NCBI GenBank assembly: GCA_965248835.1
Contig: CBDFLJ010000001.1
Location: forward strand, 608,001-672,000
Source: Alphaproteobacteria bacterium
GTDB lineage: Bacteria > Pseudomonadota > Alphaproteobacteria > MPNO01
DNA: 64,000 nt
Direction: 5' to 3'
Shown here: piece by piece, positions 21,156 through 29,084 of the stretch
Layout of the letters: each line of letters begins with the position of its first letter
Numbering within the stretch: the first letter of the stretch is position 1
Translations under genes and position numbers: made by a program
Notes under the pieces: generated by a model
Seen by the model: only the letters and a program-made list of their open reading frames with translations
Database searches by the model: none
What the model was told of the DNA's origin: nothing

Positions 21156-21302
21156 CTTCCGATCATCCTGCCGCCGGTCTGCACCGGCAGACACTGTCGG
21201 GCAGAGTAGCCGCCGGATCGCCGGGCCCGCAACCGCGGAGACCGAGATTTGCTCGTGGTCTCGATCCGAGCCCGGCGGCATTCGGCGTTCCGCCGCGCCT
21301 CA

Positions 21303-21423
21303 AGGCGTCCTTGGCGCACGTGTTCGAGCGCGCACTTCCGGACGCTCTCGAAGGACGCCTGATGATGCGTTCCATTGGGGTCGGCCACCGCGGGGAACCG
21401 AATGCGACGCATCACATCAGGCG
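21303..21423. repeat. Two overlapping inverted repeats (REP-like or structured RNA)
   Basis: AGGCGTCCTT(21303-12)/AAGGACGCCT(21351-60); CGCCTGATGATGCGT(21356-70)/ACGCATCACATCAGGCG(21407-23). Confidence 0.5.
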
Positions 21424-21682
21424 CGTTTCAACCGCCTTCGGGTGCGTCCGGGACGAGGCGTTCAAACCGCCGCCGGCGCTGCCCGACGCCGGGATCGTGG
21501 CGATCCGCCAAACCAAGCCGCCGGGCGATCCCGCACCGGCCCATGGCCTGCGGGCGGCCGGACGGTCGCGGCAGGCGCGGGGAAGCTGCAGCAAAACATA
21601 TCCAGCAGCGCCGCCGTCGTGATTGCCAACCCGATTTCAGCACCGGAACGAATAATCCGGGCGAACAGAACGAAAATGGATC

Positions 21683-21711
21683 GAATTGGCCGATGTCAGA
21701 CCAATTCTGAC
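21683..21711. promoter_or_regulatory. Putative operator (nested palindromes, GntR/FadR-like) upstream of the MetE-like operon
   Basis: GAATTGG-N11-CCAATTC overlapping GTCAGA-N5-TCTGAC; TATAGT at 21748. Confidence 0.3.
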
Positions 21712-21781
21712 TCGGTTGCGCGCCCCCGTGACCGGCGGATTTCGATGTATAGTCGCGCCGATCGGATGAAGGGGGAGCGTG

Positions 21782-22822
21782 ATGGTGGAGACCTTGCTGC
21801 CGACGACCGTGGTGGGAAGCTATGTCCAGCCCGACTGGCTGGTCGATCGCGACAACCTCAAGGGCCGGCTGCCGCCGCGGGTGCGCGCCCGCGAGATGTG
21901 GAAGGTCGCCGGTTCCGACCTGGAAGAGGCCCAGGACACCGCCACGCTGGCCGCCATCCACGACATGGAGCAAGCCGGGGTCGACATCATCAGCGACGGC
22001 GAGATCCGGCGCGAGAGCTATTCCAACCGTTTCGCAACCGCGCTCGGCGGCATCGACATCCAGACCCCGGGAACCGCGATCGACCGGACCGGCCATGCCA
22101 ATCCGGTGCCGCGGATCGCCGGTCCCATCGTGCGGGCACGCCCGGTCGAGCTGCGCGACGCCGAATTCCTGGTCGCCAACACCGCCCGGATGACCAAGAT
22201 CACCATCCCGGGCCCGTTCACCATGACCCAGCAGGCCCAGAACGACCACTATTCCGACGACGAGGCGGCGGCGATGGACTATGCCGCGGCCGTCAACCAG
22301 GAGATCAAGGCGCTGTTCGCCGCCGGCATCGACGTCGTCCAGCTCGACGAGCCGTACATGCAGGCGCGCCCGGAGATCGCCAAGTCCTATGCCGTCAAGG
22401 CGATCAACCGCGCCCTGGAGGGCGTCGGGGGCACGACTGCGGTGCATCTGTGCTTCGGCTATGCGCACATCGTCCACGACCGGCCGAGCGGATACTCGTT
22501 CCTGCCCGAGCTCGAAGGCGCGGCGGTCGATCAGGTCTCGATCGAGGCGGCTCAGCCGGGCCTCGACCTCGCCATCCTGGAGCAGATGCCGACCAAGACC
22601 ATCATCCTGGGCGTCCTCAGCCTCGGCGATCCGCAGATCGAGACCGCCGAGACCGTCGCCGCCCGCATCCGCCGCGCGCTCGAGGTCCTGCCGCCGGAGC
22701 GCGTCGTGGTGGCGCCGGACTGCGGTATGAAATACATCAGCCGCGAGACCGCCTTCGGCAAGCTCAAGGCATTGGTCGAGGGCGCGAAGATCGTGCGCAG
22801 GGAGCTCGGCGGTAACGCTTGA
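21782..22822 (+). CDS. Single-domain cobalamin-independent methionine synthase II (MetE C-terminal-like) Zn enzyme
   Basis: PTTVVGSY, DIISDGEIRR, PGPFT, QLDEP, Zn ligands HLC / SIE / PDCG; no N-terminal folate-binding half. Confidence 0.9.
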   Translation: MVETLLPTTVVGSYVQPDWLVDRDNLKGRLPPRVRAREMWKVAGSDLEEAQDTATLAAIHDMEQAGVDIISDGEIRRESYSNRFATALGGIDIQTPGTAIDRTGHANPVPRIAGPIVRARPVELRDAEFLVANTARMTKITIPGPFTMTQQAQNDHYSDDEAAAMDYAAAVNQEIKALFAAGIDVVQLDEPYMQARPEIAKSYAVKAINRALEGVGGTTAVHLCFGYAHIVHDRPSGYSFLPELEGAAVDQVSIEAAQPGLDLAILEQMPTKTIILGVLSLGDPQIETAETVAARIRRALEVLPPERVVVAPDCGMKYISRETAFGKLKALVEGAKIVRRELGGNA

Positions 22823-22874
22823 CCTGTTCCGGCCGCGGATGGAAGATCGCAGCAACGCAAGAGCGGGATTCGAC

Positions 22875-23180
22875 ATGCAGAGGCAACACGACCTCGGCGG
22901 ACTGCCGGGCGGGTCGATCGAGACGAACTCGCCGCCGACCGCGCCCTGGGCGAAGCTGATCACGGCCACGGTCGGAGCGCTGCGCGAGCACAAGCTGATG
23001 ACCGTCGACGAGATGCGCCGCGCCTTGGAGGACCTGCCCAAGGAGCAGTACGACAGGGAATATTTCGAGCGCTGGGCCGAGGCGCTGTGCGACCTGTTGG
23101 AAGAAAAGGGTTTGCTGAGCCATGACGAGGTCAGCGAGCGCATGGCCGCGCTGCGCGGCACGCTGGCGGACGGGACATGA
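22875..23180 (+). CDS. Nitrile hydratase beta N-terminal-half protein (thiocyanate hydrolase ScnB-like)
   Basis: HDLGG, TVDEMRRALEDL, YFERW, LEEKGLL; alternative start 22839. Confidence 0.85.
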   Translation: MQRQHDLGGLPGGSIETNSPPTAPWAKLITATVGALREHKLMTVDEMRRALEDLPKEQYDREYFERWAEALCDLLEEKGLLSHDEVSERMAALRGTLADGT

Positions 23181-23479
23181 GTGAAGCCGCCACGGAGGCG
23201 CGCCGCTTCGCGGCCGGCGACCGGGTCAAGGTGGCGGTCACCCATCCGCCGGGTCATCGGCGCACCCCCTATTACATCCGCGGCAAGACCGGGGTGGTCG
23301 AGCGGTATTGCGGCGCCTTCCGCAACCCGGAGGAGCTCGCCTACGGCTTCAGCGGCGAGCCGCGGCGCCACCTCTACCGCGTCCGGTTTCCGCAAAGCGA
23401 GATCTGGCAGAATTACGACGGTCCGGCGCAGGACACGCTGGACCTGGAGGTCTTTCAACACTGGCTGGAAGAAGCCTAG
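23177..23479 (+). CDS. Nitrile hydratase beta C-terminal SH3-like protein (thiocyanate hydrolase ScnA-like)
   Basis: FAAGDRVKV, GHRRTPYYIRGKTG, LYRVRF, EIW, LEVFQHWLE. Confidence 0.88.
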   Translation: MSEAATEARRFAAGDRVKVAVTHPPGHRRTPYYIRGKTGVVERYCGAFRNPEELAYGFSGEPRRHLYRVRFPQSEIWQNYDGPAQDTLDLEVFQHWLEEA

Positions 23480-23489
23480 GAGAACCGGC

Positions 23490-24161
23490 ATGGCCGAAGA
23501 GGAACGCGGCGCAGGCGCGCACGCCCACGATCACGGTCACCCCCATACCCACGACCATGAGGTCGCACCGGAGAACCGCGACGTCGACGAGATCGGTCAT
23601 TACGAGCTCATGGCACGCGCCATCCGCGAACTGCTGATCGAAAAGGGCGTGGTGAGTGCGGGGGAAGTCCGCGCCCAGCTCGAGTTCATGGATTCGCGGG
23701 GCGAAGAGCTCGGCGCACAGATCGTTGCCCGGGCCTGGACCGATCCGGCCTATCGCGAGCGCCTGCTGGACGACGGGACCGCCGCGGCCGGCGAGTTCGG
23801 AATCGATATGGCCGGTGCCGAGCTGATCGTGGTCGAGAACACGCCCGCGGTCCACAACATGATCGTCTGCACCCTGTGCTCGTGCTATCCGCGCACGGTG
23901 CTGGGGCTGCCGCCGGACTGGTACAAATCGAAGTCCTACCGCTCGCGCGCGGTCATAGAGCCCCGCGCGGTGCTCGAGGAGTTCGGCACCACTGTCGATC
24001 AGGATGTCAGCGTCCGGGTGCACGACAGCAATGCCGACATGCGCTATCTGGTGCTGCCGATGCGGCCCGAGGGCACCGAAGGCTGGAGCGAGGATCGGCT
24101 GGCCACGCTGGTGAGCCGCGATTCCATGGTCGGCGTCACGCGCGCCAACAGCCCGGGCTGA
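23490..24161 (+). CDS. Cobalt-type nitrile hydratase alpha / thiocyanate hydrolase gamma (ScnC-like) subunit with His-rich N-terminus
   Basis: VCTLCSCYPR metal motif, ARAWTDP, WYKS..YRSR, RYLVLPMRPEGTEGW; AGGAG RBS. Confidence 0.93.
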   Translation: MAEEERGAGAHAHDHGHPHTHDHEVAPENRDVDEIGHYELMARAIRELLIEKGVVSAGEVRAQLEFMDSRGEELGAQIVARAWTDPAYRERLLDDGTAAAGEFGIDMAGAELIVVENTPAVHNMIVCTLCSCYPRTVLGLPPDWYKSKSYRSRAVIEPRAVLEEFGTTVDQDVSVRVHDSNADMRYLVLPMRPEGTEGWSEDRLATLVSRDSMVGVTRANSPG

Positions 24162-25064
24162 TCAAGCCCCGCTGCCGGCCGCGCGGCCGGCGGTCGCCAG
24201 CCAGATGCCGGTGAAGATCGCCGCCACGCCGGCCAGGTGATACCAGCCGGTCGTCTCTCCGAGGACGGTGACGGCGATCGCCGCGCCGAAGGCCGGCGTG
24301 AGATAGATGAAGTAGCCCGCCCGCGTCGCGCCCACCCGGGCGACGCCCGCCGCCCAGAAGAGCTGGGCCAGGACCGATGCGAACAGCGCGACATAGACGA
24401 TTGCGGCCAGCGCCGTCCAGGTCAGCGGCATCCCATCGCCGTTGGCGATTTCCCAGAGGTGCAGCGGGAAGGTCGTCACCGTGCCGACGAAGAACATCAC
24501 GGTGAGGAAGGCCGGCAGGCTCAGCGTCATCGGCCGGCGCGGCAGCAAGATCGAGAACAGGGCGTGGCAGAAGACGCCGAACCAGATCATCGCGTCGCCG
24601 ATATTGAGGCTGAAGCCGGACAAACCGGTGACCTCGCCCCGCAGCACGATCAGCACGAAGCCGAGCCCGCCGGCGATCAGCCCGAGGATCTGGCGCGCGC
24701 TGGCTGCGGTGCCGAGCACGATCATCGCGGCGATGATGATGTTCAGCGGCAGGGTGCCCTGGATCAGCGAGCCGTTGATCGCCTCGGTATGGTGCAGGCC
24801 GACGAAGATCAGCGCGCTGAAGGCGGTCATTCCCAGGAGGCCCAGCAGCAGCAGCATCCGCCAGGCCGCCAGCACCTCGCGGCGCAGCGCCCAGACCTCG
24901 CGCAGGCCGAACGGCAGCAGGATCAGCAGCGCGCCGAACGAGCGCCAGAAGGCGAGCGCCATCGGCGGCAGTAGATCGGCGACGGCGCGTCCGACGACGG
25001 TGTTGCCGGCGAAGAACAGCGCCGTTCCGGTCAGCGCCAGATAGGCGATCCAGTCGCGCCTCAT
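24162..25064 (-). CDS. DMT/EamA family transporter
   Basis: 10 TM pattern; AGNTVVGR, LAFWR, GVARVGATRAG, VLGE. Confidence 0.9.
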   Translation of the reverse strand: MRRDWIAYLALTGTALFFAGNTVVGRAVADLLPPMALAFWRSFGALLILLPFGLREVWALRREVLAAWRMLLLLGLLGMTAFSALIFVGLHHTEAINGSLIQGTLPLNIIIAAMIVLGTAASARQILGLIAGGLGFVLIVLRGEVTGLSGFSLNIGDAMIWFGVFCHALFSILLPRRPMTLSLPAFLTVMFFVGTVTTFPLHLWEIANGDGMPLTWTALAAIVYVALFASVLAQLFWAAGVARVGATRAGYFIYLTPAFGAAIAVTVLGETTGWYHLAGVAAIFTGIWLATAGRAAGSGA

Positions 25065-25116
25065 CGCCCGATCGGCGGCCGCGGCGGATCCGCGTCCCCG
25101 GCGGTCCGGCAGCGGC

Positions 25117-26298
25117 TCATTCAGCGGCTGTCGTCGCGTCCGCCGGCACCGGCTCGCCCAGGGGCCGCAGCGCCGGCATCACCTCGTCGGCGAACAGCCT
25201 GAGGTTCTTCTCGGTCAGCGCGCGCGGCAGGGTGCCGAACTGCAGCATGGTCACCAAATTGCCGTAGCCCATCTCGTCGAACCGCTGGGCCAGGATCTCC
25301 TTTACGGTCTGCGGGCTGCCGCAGACGAACATGCCGTTGCCGGTCAGCGTCCGGTAGGACAGGAACTGCTCGCGGACCTTGAACTTGGTCTCCATGACAT
25401 AGCGGTAGGACGCCATCGAGGAGTAGCCCGGCGGCAGCTTGTACTCGGCCGGGGAGCGGACGAACTTGTTGAAGAACGCTTCGATATGGGGCGCGGCCTC
25501 CCGCGCGGCGATTTCGTCGGTCTCGGCGACATAGACCGGCAGCGCCCAGCCAAGCTGGCCGGGCTCGGCCTCGTAGCCGTATTCCCCGGCCTGACGGACA
25601 TAGGCATCGAGGTTGCGCTTGACCGCCTCGGCCGGGTTGAAGGTGATCAGGTAGGTGTAGCGCCGGTCGGGATGGGCGGCCCATTCGTAGGTCTCGCGCG
25701 AGCCCTGGGAGGGGATCCAGATCGGCGGGTGCGGCTCCTGGTAGGGCCTGGGCCACAGGTTGACGTAGTTGAACCGGTAGTGCTTGCCGTCGAAGGCGAA
25801 CGGCCCGGTCTCGGTCCAGGCGCGCACGATCAGGTCGTGCGCCTCGTGGAAGCGGGCGTGGCTGAAGGACGGGTTGGCCATCGAGGCGTGATACTCGGTC
25901 CCCAGCCCGCGCACGAAGCCGGCGATGAACCGGCCCCCGGTCAGGTTGTCGAGCATCGCGAACTCTTCGGCGATGGTCAGCGGGTTGTCGGTGATCGGCA
26001 GCGCGCGCCCCAACACGCAGACCTTGCCGTTCTTGATGCTGCGTGACAGCGCGCCCGCCAGGACGTTGGGCGCGGGCATCATGCCGTAGGCGGTCTGGTG
26101 GTGCTCGTTCACGCACACCCCGTCGAAGCCCAGCGCATCGGCGAGCTCGAGCTCGTCGAGATAGCGGTGATAGAGGCCGTGGCCGAGCCTGGGGTCGTAG
26201 TAGCTGTTGGGCAGTGTCAGGTAGGCCGCCTCGTAGTCCGCGTCGTAGTCGAGGTCGAGATGCGCGTACGGCATCAGGTGGAAGAAAAAGAACTTCAT
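25117..26298 (-). CDS. LLM-class (luciferase-like) flavin-dependent monooxygenase
   Basis: GFDGVCVNEHH, AEEFAMLDNLTGGR, WPRPYQEPHPPIW, LFADEVMP. Confidence 0.92.
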   Translation of the reverse strand: MKFFFFHLMPYAHLDLDYDADYEAAYLTLPNSYYDPRLGHGLYHRYLDELELADALGFDGVCVNEHHQTAYGMMPAPNVLAGALSRSIKNGKVCVLGRALPITDNPLTIAEEFAMLDNLTGGRFIAGFVRGLGTEYHASMANPSFSHARFHEAHDLIVRAWTETGPFAFDGKHYRFNYVNLWPRPYQEPHPPIWIPSQGSRETYEWAAHPDRRYTYLITFNPAEAVKRNLDAYVRQAGEYGYEAEPGQLGWALPVYVAETDEIAAREAAPHIEAFFNKFVRSPAEYKLPPGYSSMASYRYVMETKFKVREQFLSYRTLTGNGMFVCGSPQTVKEILAQRFDEMGYGNLVTMLQFGTLPRALTEKNLRLFADEVMPALRPLGEPVPADATTAAE

Positions 26299-27080
26299 GA
26301 CGGGTTGCTTTCCACGATTTCCAGCACGCCGTCCAGGAACGCCTCGGTCTTCTCCTGGTGGGGCAGGTGGCCGCATTCCTCGATCACGCGCAGCCGGGCG
26401 CCGGGGATCAGGTCCTGGAACGCCTTGGCATAGGGCAGCGGGATGATCCTGTCCTCGGCCCCCCACAGGATCATCGTGGGGACGGCGATCCGGTGCAGCC
26501 ACTTGGGCAGGTCCGGATTGCAAAACCGCGGGTTCCAGGCGAGCCTGGCCGTCGTGAACAGGTTCTTGAGCGCGATGTCGGCCTCTTCCTCGCTCGGCGG
26601 CGCCGCCAGGCGCCGCTCCGCGATGGCCTGATCGAAGAACGTGTTGCGCACCCGCGCATCGGGCTTCCACAGGAAGATATCGCCCTTGGGAACCCCGGCG
26701 ACCTCGATCCCGGCAGGCGAGACCAGGGTGAGCGTGCGGAACCGCTTGGCATCGCGGACCGCGATCTCGCAGGCGAGCCAGCCGCCGAGCGAATTGCCGA
26801 CCACATGGACCTCGCCGGGGTCGAGCGCATCCAGCAGGTCGAGATAGAAATAGACCAGATCCGACATCGAATCGAGCCAATCGGGGGTGTCGGAGCGGCC
26901 GAACCCGGGGTGGCTCGGGACGATCACCGAGAAGCGCGTGGCCAGCCGGTCCATGAACGGCGCCCACGCCGCGGCCCCGCCGGCGCCGTGGAGGAACATG
27001 AGAGGCGGTCCCGCGCCGCCGCGCAGCAGTTCGATCCGGCAGCCGCGGATGTCGATCATCTCCGATATGTGCTCGCTCAT
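26295..27080 (-). CDS. Alpha/beta-fold hydrolase
   Basis: FLHGAGG, HPGFG, GNSLGG nucleophile elbow, WGAED, CGHLPH. Confidence 0.92.
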   Translation of the reverse strand: MSEHISEMIDIRGCRIELLRGGAGPPLMFLHGAGGAAAWAPFMDRLATRFSVIVPSHPGFGRSDTPDWLDSMSDLVYFYLDLLDALDPGEVHVVGNSLGGWLACEIAVRDAKRFRTLTLVSPAGIEVAGVPKGDIFLWKPDARVRNTFFDQAIAERRLAAPPSEEEADIALKNLFTTARLAWNPRFCNPDLPKWLHRIAVPTMILWGAEDRIIPLPYAKAFQDLIPGARLRVIEECGHLPHQEKTEAFLDGVLEIVESNPS

Positions 27081-27117
27081 GACGGACGATTGTTCGTCCC
27101 GCACGCGGCCGCGTCAA

Positions 27118-27987
27118 TCAGGCCGCGTCCGCGCCGTCATCGGGCAGCGCCGCTGCCTCGGCGAAGAACAGCCAGCGCTCGATCACCACGCCGGCGCTGG
27201 CGCTGAGCGCGGCGCCCACGCTCGCCGGGACCGCGATCGACGACGACGCCTCCATCGCCGCAAGCGCGCAGACCAGCGGCAGGGCGAACAGCAGAACGAA
27301 GGCATAGCGCCTGTGCTTCGCCGCATCCTTGCGCGCGATGCCAAATCCCGTCTCGCCGGCCGCGGACATCGCCGGGCCGGCGGTGGAGTCGATGAACCGC
27401 CAGTATTTGCGCTTCAGGTAGAAGGCAAGGAACAGCGCCAGCACGAGGACCATCGAGACGTCCGGGCTCGGCCGGCCGAACAGATTGACCAGCGCGTTCA
27501 GCCACAGCGTCCCGGTGAGCAGCGCCAGCGCCAGGAAGTTGGGCACGACCCAGCGGTTGCACCAGGCGGGTACCGGCGTGCACGCGGCGTAGATCATGCC
27601 GGTGGCATGGACCGTCAGCCCGCAGAACACGGTGGTGGCCAGTCCGAACAGCCGAAAGACGCCGTCGGTCTGGCCGTAGAAGACCCAACCGACGGCGAAG
27701 CCGACGGCGGGCACGTAGGCCGCGCCGGCCAGCACGCCCACGCGCGCCGGCCACCGCGTGGGCCATTGCGACCCGGCCATGACCGCGCGTCCGGTCCGGC
27801 CGGGGCGGAAGGGCGCGCACAACAGGCCGAAGCTCACCGCGCCCAGCGCCAGCACGACGGCGGTGCCCGCGAACCCGCGCCCGGCGGGCAGGATGCCGGC
27901 CGATGCGAGCAGGCCCAGCATGGCCAGCAGGCCGTAGCCGGCGCCCGACGCGATGGTGAAGAAGATCACCGGATAGGCCGGATGCAC
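27118..27987 (-). CDS. DmsC/SoeC-type membrane anchor subunit, degenerate and orphan
   Basis: N-terminus HPAYPVIFFTIASGAGYGLL, TGMIYA, C-terminal ERWLFFAEA; conserved HLGxP/SWLSRE region altered. Confidence 0.75.
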   Translation of the reverse strand: MHPAYPVIFFTIASGAGYGLLAMLGLLASAGILPAGRGFAGTAVVLALGAVSFGLLCAPFRPGRTGRAVMAGSQWPTRWPARVGVLAGAAYVPAVGFAVGWVFYGQTDGVFRLFGLATTVFCGLTVHATGMIYAACTPVPAWCNRWVVPNFLALALLTGTLWLNALVNLFGRPSPDVSMVLVLALFLAFYLKRKYWRFIDSTAGPAMSAAGETGFGIARKDAAKHRRYAFVLLFALPLVCALAAMEASSSIAVPASVGAALSASAGVVIERWLFFAEAAALPDDGADAA

Positions 27988-28137
27988 CGATCCGCTCCCA
28001 TGGCTTGTCCGGGACATGCTCTAGGCTGCCGGCCGCACGAGGTCAATTCGGCACAAGGTTGCGAATTGCGAATCCAACGAGCCGATCGTTTACAGTAATA
28101 TTTTCCCGCTGGAGACCGTTTTGGCCGAGGAAATTCC

Positions 28138-29001
28138 ATGAACCCGCGCGTCGATGCATTCTTCGACCCGGCGACCAGCACGGTCTCCTATGTCGTGGCC
28201 GACCGGGGCGCGGGCCGCGCGGCGGTCATCGATCCGGTTCTGGACTTCGATCCGGCTTCCGGACGGACCGGCACCGATTCGGCCGACCGGCTGATCGCGG
28301 CGATCGAACGGGCGGGCCTCGCGCTGGAGTGGATCATCGAAACCCACGTTCATGCCGATCACATCACCGCCGCGCCGTATGTGCAACAAAGGCTCGGCGG
28401 GCGCATCGGCATCAGCGCAGGCGTGATCGCCGTGCAACGCCATTTCGGCGCGCTGTTCAATTTCGAAGACGGGTTTTCGGCCGACGGATCGCAGTTCGAC
28501 CACCTGTTCGCCGACGGCGAAACCTTCCCCCTGGGCGGAATCGAAGTCCGGGTGATGCACACCCCGGGTCATACCCCGGCGTGCGCCTGCTACGTCTTCG
28601 GCGATGCGGGCTTTGTCGGCGATACCCTGTTCATGCCCGACTCGGGCACCGCGCGGTGCGATTTCCCGGGCGGCTGCGCCGAACGGCTGTACGGATCGTT
28701 GCGCCGGATCCTGTCGCTGCCGCCGGACACCCGGTTGTTCATGTGCCACGACTACGGCGCGGGCGGGACGCGCGAATATGCCTGGCAAAGCACGGTGGCA
28801 GAACAGCGCAGCGCCAATATCCACTGCCGCGATGGCATCAGCCGCGAGGACTATGTCGCCATGCGCCGGGCGCGCGATGCGCGGCTCGCGATGCCGCGCC
28901 TGATCGTCCCCGCGGTCCAGGTCAACATCCGCGGCGGCCGCTTCCCGCCGGCCGAGGCCAACGGCACAAGCTATCTGAAGATCCCGCTCGACGTCCTGTA
29001 G
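28138..29001 (+). CDS. MBL-fold persulfide dioxygenase (Sdo/Blh/ETHE1-like)
   Basis: ETHVHADH, TPGHTPAC, GDTLFMPDSGTARCDFPGG, MCHDY, YLKIP. Confidence 0.88.
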   Translation: MNPRVDAFFDPATSTVSYVVADRGAGRAAVIDPVLDFDPASGRTGTDSADRLIAAIERAGLALEWIIETHVHADHITAAPYVQQRLGGRIGISAGVIAVQRHFGALFNFEDGFSADGSQFDHLFADGETFPLGGIEVRVMHTPGHTPACACYVFGDAGFVGDTLFMPDSGTARCDFPGGCAERLYGSLRRILSLPPDTRLFMCHDYGAGGTREYAWQSTVAEQRSANIHCRDGISREDYVAMRRARDARLAMPRLIVPAVQVNIRGGRFPPAEANGTSYLKIPLDVL

Positions 29002-29084
29002 CATTGGCCCGGAACACGCGCCGGCCGGCGACGTTTCGCTTTGCGCCGGCTATAGTGGGCGGGTCCGACTGGGAGTTGACGGCG

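Noticed and set aside
21156-21781. SAM or cobalamin riboswitch upstream of the MetE-like gene; small ORFs in this gap
   Set aside because: No B12-box or SAM-II/SAM-alpha consensus recognised and the ORFs lack motifs. The absence argues mildly against a methionine-synthesis role.
22875-23479. Split NHase beta as a frameshifted pseudogene
   Set aside because: Both halves have clean starts and stops with an ATGA overlap, and the split matches known three-subunit enzymes.
28048-28063. Sigma-54-like promoter GGCACAAGGTTGC upstream of the persulfide dioxygenase
   Set aside because: GG-to-GC spacing is 9 nt, not the required 10.
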